From assembly GCA_963788655.1 (NCBI GenBank), contig CAWBHS010000088.1, positions 192,001 through 256,000 of the forward strand: 64,000 nt of DNA. The letters are read 5' to 3'. Origin of the DNA: an uncultured Verrucomicrobiae bacterium. GTDB lineage: Bacteria; Verrucomicrobiota; Verrucomicrobiia; Limisphaerales; JAFGQR01. Of this stretch, positions 58,979-64,000 are shown piece after piece. The translations under genes were made by a program, and so were the position numbers. The notes under the pieces were generated by a model, which did not search any database, was not told the DNA's origin, and saw only the letters and a program-made list of their open reading frames with translations. Position 1 is the first letter of the stretch; each line of letters starts with the position of its first letter.

Positions 58979-59599
58979 CTACTTGCTGCCGCCGCCGAGT
59001 AGGCCGCCCAGGATGTCCCCGATGCCGCCCCCGCTACCGCCGCTGGAGCCGCCCATCGCGCCACCGAGCACGCTGCCCAGGATGTCTCCGATTCCGCCTC
59101 CGCCGGAGCCGCCGGACGCGCCACCGAGCACGCTGCCCAGGATGTCGGTAAGGCCGCCGCCGGACGAGGACTTCTTCGTTACCTTCTTGTTCGAACTACT
59201 CGAGCCGCCGATCTTGCTCGCGAGGAACGCGAGGACGATCGGAGCGAGGATGGGGAGAAGCTTGGTGATCAGGCTCTTGCCGCCCGAGGTGATTCCACCG
59301 AGCTTGGCGGTGACGTCCTTCGTCGAGTCGCCGAAGATGTGCTTGACGATCTTCTTGCCGTCCTTGGTGTCCACGTCGGCCAGCGAGATGCCGCCGTCGA
59401 TCAGGCTCGTGTCCTTGGACTCCAGGGCCTTGAGGATGGAGGCGGCGCCCGCCTCGTCCTTGGCGTTCGCGTCGAGTCCGTGCAACAGCGCGGGAAGCGC
59501 AGCTGCCACGCCCTGCTGGGCGGTGCCCGCGTCGACGCCGAGCTTCTTCGCGATGTCGTCGATGGGGATCTGCTTGAACAGCTGGTCGAGGTCGCTCAC
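58979..59599 (-). CDS. DUF937-domain protein
   Basis: IPIDDIAKKLGVD, DGKKIVKHIFG, KLLPILAPIVLAFL, Gly-rich tail. Confidence 0.85.
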   Translation of the reverse strand: MSDLDQLFKQIPIDDIAKKLGVDAGTAQQGVAAALPALLHGLDANAKDEAGAASILKALESKDTSLIDGGISLADVDTKDGKKIVKHIFGDSTKDVTAKLGGITSGGKSLITKLLPILAPIVLAFLASKIGGSSSSNKKVTKKSSSGGGLTDILGSVLGGASGGSGGGGIGDILGSVLGGAMGGSSGGSGGGIGDILGGLLGGGSK

Positions 59600-59652
59600 G
59601 GAAACTCCTTGGTTGGGTGCGGACGGGCGCACGGTCTCGTTGAGAGAAAACC

Positions 59653-60135
59653 TTACGCGGTCGTCCCGGTGAATCCCAGCTGGCGCCACGCCTCGAAGAC
59701 CGCGACCGCAGCCGCGTTCGAAAGGTTCAGCGAACGCCTACCCTGCAGCATCGGGATGCCAACGTGGGCCGTGACGCGCGCGTGAGCAAGGACCTCGTCG
59801 GGGAGACCCGTCGGCTCCGGGCCGAAGAGCAGCACGTCCGACGGCTCGTAGGCGATGTCGGTGAAGCGTGTCGCGGCCCGGGAGGTGAAGGCGAAGACGC
59901 GGGATTTGGGGAGCGCGGCGAGCATCGCCTCGAGACTCGCGTGCACGACGACGGTGGCGAGGTCGTGGTAGTCGAGGCCCGCGCGCCTGAGGCGGGGCTC
60001 CGTCAAGTCGAAGCCCAGCGGTTCGACGAGGTGGAGGGTCGCGCCGGTGATCGCGGAGAGCCGAATGGCGTTGCCCGTGTTGGAGGGAATGCGCGGCTCA
60101 AAGAACGCAATCCCGGGAAGCGCGGCGTCCGTCAC
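59653..60135 (-). CDS. trmL: tRNA (cytidine/uridine-2'-O)-methyltransferase TrmL
   Basis: EPRIPSNTGN, LRRAGLDYH, FGPEPTGL, RSLNLSNA. Confidence 0.93.
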   Translation of the reverse strand: MTDAALPGIAFFEPRIPSNTGNAIRLSAITGATLHLVEPLGFDLTEPRLRRAGLDYHDLATVVVHASLEAMLAALPKSRVFAFTSRAATRFTDIAYEPSDVLLFGPEPTGLPDEVLAHARVTAHVGIPMLQGRRSLNLSNAAAVAVFEAWRQLGFTGTTA

Positions 60136-60166
60136 GCACCCATTGTGTCAGCGCCCGATGATGTCG

Positions 60167-61231
60167 CTATGCGCCCGCCTCGTTGAGGAGGGAGAGTTGC
60201 TCGTCGGTGAGGGTGAGGTCGAGCGCCTCGATCAGTTCCGAGTATTGCTCCCACGTGCGCGGCCCCACGAGAGGCAACACCTTCGGGTCGTTCTGCGCCA
60301 TTAGCCACGCCAGCACGACCTGGCTACTCGTCGCGCCGGTTACTTTCGCCACAGCGTCGACCGCGTCGAAGCGCGCGTCGGTATCGGCCCCCCTATACGG
60401 CTCCAGCGCCCAGAAGCCCGCACGCTTGCTCGCGTCGCTGAACGCGCCCTTAAGGATGGGCGAATAGGCGACGAGGGGCAGGTCGGCGTGCGCGCGCAGG
60501 TAGGCCATCTGCTCCTCGTCGACGATCGAGTTGTTCTCGAGACCCGGGCGGGGCCGCAGGTAGGAGTGCTGTTGCTGAAGCGCGGCGGGACCGGGCCATC
60601 CGTTCGCGTCGCAGATCGCGCGAATCCGCGCGAGCCGCTCGGTGCGAACGTTGGACCATCCGTAGCCGCCGATCCGGCCGTCGGCGACGAAGTCAGCGAG
60701 CGCGGCGAGAGTCTCCTCGAGCGGCGTCGAGGGGTCGTCAACGTGGACGTAGTAGAGGTCGACGCTGTCGATTCCGAGCCGATCGAGAGAGCCGGCCAGC
60801 GACTCCCGCAATACGGGGGCGGACGCGCCGACGAAATAGCGCCGCGCGATGTCCCAATCGGGTCTGCCCGAGTCGCCGAAGATCTCCTCCTGATGCGTGA
60901 CGCGGGCCGTGCCTTTGGTCGCGAGATACACGCTCTCGCGCAAACCGGAATCCGACATCCACCGGCTCAGCACGCGCTCGCTGTGGCCGCCATCGGAGCC
61001 CTCGTCGTTCCACCAGCAGTAGCAGTCGGCCGTGTCGATCATCGCGCGTGTTGGGGTGCCGTAGGGTGCGGCGAAGCGCGGGGCGACCTCGCCGACGAAG
61101 TGGTCCAGTATGCGGCGGGACGTTGCCTCGTCCGTCAGGGTGCCCATATGCATCGCGCCGAGCGCCAGCGGGGCGAGGTGGGCGTCGGTGGCGCCGAAGC
61201 GCCGTACGGGGGTGGTGGCGGAGGTGGTCAC
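60167..61231 (-). CDS. Aldo/keto reductase
   Basis: LALGAM, IDTADCY, LATKG, DLYYVH, GWSN, AYSPI. Confidence 0.92.
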   Translation of the reverse strand: MTTSATTPVRRFGATDAHLAPLALGAMHMGTLTDEATSRRILDHFVGEVAPRFAAPYGTPTRAMIDTADCYCWWNDEGSDGGHSERVLSRWMSDSGLRESVYLATKGTARVTHQEEIFGDSGRPDWDIARRYFVGASAPVLRESLAGSLDRLGIDSVDLYYVHVDDPSTPLEETLAALADFVADGRIGGYGWSNVRTERLARIRAICDANGWPGPAALQQQHSYLRPRPGLENNSIVDEEQMAYLRAHADLPLVAYSPILKGAFSDASKRAGFWALEPYRGADTDARFDAVDAVAKVTGATSSQVVLAWLMAQNDPKVLPLVGPRTWEQYSELIEALDLTLTDEQLSLLNEAGA

Positions 61232-61282
61232 GTGCGGCCTCTTTCTTCGGCGTCGCGGGGCGGGTGCGCGCCCTCGATACCG

Positions 61283-61313
61283 ACGGTAGAAGTTAGAGTG
61301 CGCTCGAAGTCAA
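61283..61313 (-). promoter_or_regulatory. MerR-type promoter (19-bp spacer with dyad) for the AKR gene
   Basis: Minus strand TTGACT-19bp-TACCGT containing ACTTCGAGCGCACTCTAACT. Confidence 0.75.
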
Positions 61314-61339
61314 GCCGCGATCGGCGTAGCGTGCGTGTC

Positions 61340-61750
61340 ATGACGGACTACGCCATCGATCAAGTCGCCGAACTCATGAATGTCACGCGGCACACCCTGC
61401 GCTATTACGAACGCGAAGGACTCCTCGAGCCCGTCGCGAAGGCCGCCAACGGGCATCGGCGCTATTCGGAGGACGATCTTCGTTGGGTGGAGTTCCTGAC
61501 CCTGCTACGCGGGACGGGAATGCCGATTCGCGAGATGAAGTCCTTCGTCGCTCTCACCCGCGCGGGCGACCACACCATCGCCGAACGGGTCGCGGTGCTG
61601 TCGCTGTATCGCGACACGCTCAAGGCCCGGATGGCGGCCGACGTGGAGCGACTCGCGTTCCTCGATCGAAAGCTCGACTATTACGGGGGTGTGTTATCCG
61701 CCCAACGACCCGCGCCCGCGCATATCTCGGCCGAAATCTCCATGGCCTAG
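61340..61750 (+). CDS. MerR-family (AdhR-like) regulator
   Basis: HTLRYYEREGLL...NGHRRY...LRGTGMPIREM. Confidence 0.92.
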   Translation: MTDYAIDQVAELMNVTRHTLRYYEREGLLEPVAKAANGHRRYSEDDLRWVEFLTLLRGTGMPIREMKSFVALTRAGDHTIAERVAVLSLYRDTLKARMAADVERLAFLDRKLDYYGGVLSAQRPAPAHISAEISMA

Positions 61751-61793
61751 TTCCACGCGGGATCGGGTCGCGTGTCCCCGCCGTAGGGCGGGT

Positions 61794-62348
61794 CTAGATT
61801 GACTCGGCGACGTCCTTCGCGAGACTGGTCGTTATCGACGAGACGTCCGCCGTGTCGCCCGAGAAGTAGGTGACCTGGATGAAGTAGTCGGCGACCGCCA
61901 TGCCAAGGATGCTGCCGTTCGCCACCGTGTAGGCGCTGTCGCCGCCCGTGACCGTGACGTCCGTCGCCGCCCCCATCGAGCTTTCGGCGGATGACCGCTG
62001 GGTGGTGACCGTGTTTGCCCCAGCCGTGACAAGAACCTGAACGTACGGGGACGCGCCGCTCGAGGGCAGCCAATCGCATATGCGTTGGTTAGCGTTGGAA
62101 AGCTTGGCGTTCTCTTTCCCCGGCTGAAGCGAGACGTTCGCGGCAGCCTTGATAAGCCGTTCGTTCAGCATCAAGCAGGGGTCGGGAAGTTTGCTGTTCG
62201 CCGCGGCGGCAACGTTGGAGGACGTCGGCGTGCTGGACGCGTTCGTCGTGCTGCAAGCGGTGAGGGAGAGGCCGAGCGCGAGTACGCTCGCGGCGGCGAA
62301 GGTTCCCCGGATAACTCTCCGTGAACTAGGAACGCGTGCGGATATCAT
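61794..62348 (-). CDS. Lipoprotein (DUF3558-like)
   Basis: Lipobox LTAC; DPCLML...CDW. Confidence 0.75.
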   Translation of the reverse strand: MISARVPSSRRVIRGTFAAASVLALGLSLTACSTTNASSTPTSSNVAAAANSKLPDPCLMLNERLIKAAANVSLQPGKENAKLSNANQRICDWLPSSGASPYVQVLVTAGANTVTTQRSSAESSMGAATDVTVTGGDSAYTVANGSILGMAVADYFIQVTYFSGDTADVSSITTSLAKDVAESI

Positions 62349-62445
62349 GGCAATTCCTCCTTTTGGCCCAACGACAAAAACCTTCCTTCAATGGAACGCA
62401 TATGCGTCGAATTCTGTTTCCGCGGATTCTCGCTAGGCTCGCCCG

Positions 62446-64000
62446 GTGGGCCATCTCCAAGTCTCCGGCGTCGGGTACGTGCTCGGCGACGGCCGTCGCC
62501 TCCTCCGCGACGTGTCTTTCAAGGTGGGCGTGGGCCAGCGCGTCGCGCTCGTCGGCCCTAATGGCACGGGAAAGACCACGCTGACCCGCATCGTCACAGG
62601 AGACGTCGCCCCGCACGAGGGAACCGTCGCCGTGACAGGGAGCCTCGGCGTCATGCGCCAATTCATCGGCTCGATCCGCGACGATTCGACCGTCGCGGAT
62701 CTGTTGCTCGCCCTCGCGCCGGATCGCCACCAGGGCCTCGCGGAGCGCGTCAAGGTCACCGAGACCGCGATGCACGAGACGCGATCCGAACGCGACCAGA
62801 TGGCCTACGCCGACGCGGTGATCGCGTGGGGCGACGCGGGAGGGTACGACCTAGAGAACCTTTGGGACGTGTGCACGGTCGCGGCGCTGGGGGTTCCGTT
62901 CGATCGAGCGGGCGCGCGGCCCGTCACGACGCTCTCCGGTGGGGAACAGAAGCGCCTCGCCCTGGAAGCGCTCCTGCGGGGGGAGCAGGAGGTGCTCATC
63001 CTCGACGAGCCGGACAACTACCTCGACGTTCCCAGCAAGCGGTGGCTCGAGGAGCAGTTGATCGCATCGCGCAAGTCCATCCTGCTCGTGTCCCACGACC
63101 GCGAGGTGCTGAGCCGCGTCGCGACCGCCGTCGTGACTATCGAGCGCAACGCCAACGGCAACACGGTCTGGACCCACGCTGGCCCGTGGGGCACCTACCG
63201 GGACGCGCGCGAGGCGCGCAACGCTCGCATGGCGGAGGAGCTCCGGCGGTGGGACGAGGTTCACGCGGACATCATCGAGGAGGTACGGACGATGCGTCAG
63301 CGCGCGGCGATCTCGCCCGACCTCGCGTCGCGGTACCAGGCGGCGCAGACCAAGCTTCGGAAGTTCGAGGAGGCGGGCAAGCCCGAGCCCGTGCCGCTCG
63401 CCGAGAACGTCACCATTCGGCTGAAGGGCGGCCGCACCGCCAAGCGCGCGGTGACCGTGAAGGCGCTCGAGCTCACGGGGCTCATGAAGCCGTTCGACTC
63501 GGAGATATGGTTCGGCGACCGCGTCGCGCTGCTCGGGAGCAACGGCTCGGGCAAGTCGCACTTCCTGCGCCTTCTCGCGGCGGGTGGCTCGGACCCTGAC
63601 GACGAACACCGCCCCGTCACGGACATGGTCCCGGATCCCGTCGCTCATACGGGCAGGGTCGCGCTCGGCTCGCGGGTGCGTCCCGGCTGGTTCGCTCAAA
63701 CCCACGCGCACCCCGAGTGGCAGGGCAAGGCGCTGCTCGACATCCTTCATCGAGGTGACGATCACCGCGCCGGCCTTGCCCGCACGGCCGCGACGGGCGT
63801 CCTCGACCGCTACGGCCTCGGCGCGTCGGCGGAGCAGGCGTTCGACACGCTCTCCGGCGGTCAGCAGGCGCGCTTTCAGGTGCTGCTCATCGAGCTCGCA
63901 GGCGCCACTCTGCTGCTGCTCGACGAGCCAACCGACAACCTCGACCTCGAGTCGGCGGAGTCCCTCGAGGTTGCCATCGCGGCGTTCGAGGGCGCGGTCA
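62446..64000 (+). CDS. ABC-F family ATPase (runs off window end)
   Basis: GPNGTGKTT, LSGGEQKR, LDEPDNYLD, second cassette GSNGSGKS, LSGGQQAR, LDEPTDNLD; no TM. Confidence 0.92.
   Translation, partial: MGHLQVSGVGYVLGDGRRLLRDVSFKVGVGQRVALVGPNGTGKTTLTRIVTGDVAPHEGTVAVTGSLGVMRQFIGSIRDDSTVADLLLALAPDRHQGLAERVKVTETAMHETRSERDQMAYADAVIAWGDAGGYDLENLWDVCTVAALGVPFDRAGARPVTTLSGGEQKRLALEALLRGEQEVLILDEPDNYLDVPSKRWLEEQLIASRKSILLVSHDREVLSRVATAVVTIERNANGNTVWTHAGPWGTYRDAREARNARMAEELRRWDEVHADIIEEVRTMRQRAAISPDLASRYQAAQTKLRKFEEAGKPEPVPLAENVTIRLKGGRTAKRAVTVKALELTGLMKPFDSEIWFGDRVALLGSNGSGKSHFLRLLAAGGSDPDDEHRPVTDMVPDPVAHTGRVALGSRVRPGWFAQTHAHPEWQGKALLDILHRGDDHRAGLARTAATGVLDRYGLGASAEQAFDTLSGGQQARFQVLLIELAGATLLLLDEPTDNLDLESAESLEVAIAAFEGAV

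Noticed and set aside
59000..59170. ~29-bp direct repeats
   Set aside because: Coding Gly-rich DILGSVLGG repeats typical of DUF937 proteins.

Overview
The window looks like two unrelated genomic segments joined at about 27.95-28.0 kb by a ~50-nt AT-rich spacer that cuts a gene on each side. The left segment (1-~27,955) has Verrucomicrobiota-like traits: a prepilin-type protein, GTAG/GGAGT REP doublets and a secreted EEP protein. It carries a heavily frameshifted gltBD, a trehalose-phosphatase/GH65/rpiB operon, a NarL-type regulator, lysC and the highlight of the window. That highlight is a lexA gene followed by one 1598-aa ORF fusing a catalytically intact Y-family (DinB-like) polymerase to a catalytically intact C-family (DnaE-like) polymerase, with no imuA. 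The ORF carries several in-frame REP-derived palindromic insertions, and a non-canonical palindromic operator lies upstream. The right segment (~28,005-64,000) is high-GC and actinobacterial (Micrococcales-like, many leaderless genes). It begins with an accessory mosaic: a secreted protein plus lipoprotein, a HEPN-like orphan, a Zn-ribbon orphan, DUF222-HNH genes with PafBC-type promoters and several duplicated gene-tail scars. Ordinary genes follow (ERG24-like reductase, SDRs, GH15, MFS, SPFH operon, trpB2, ECF sigma, trmL, AKR/MerR, ABC-F). No rRNA, tRNA or CRISPR array was seen. All family assignments come from motif recognition by eye, not database searches, and taxonomy is inferred.
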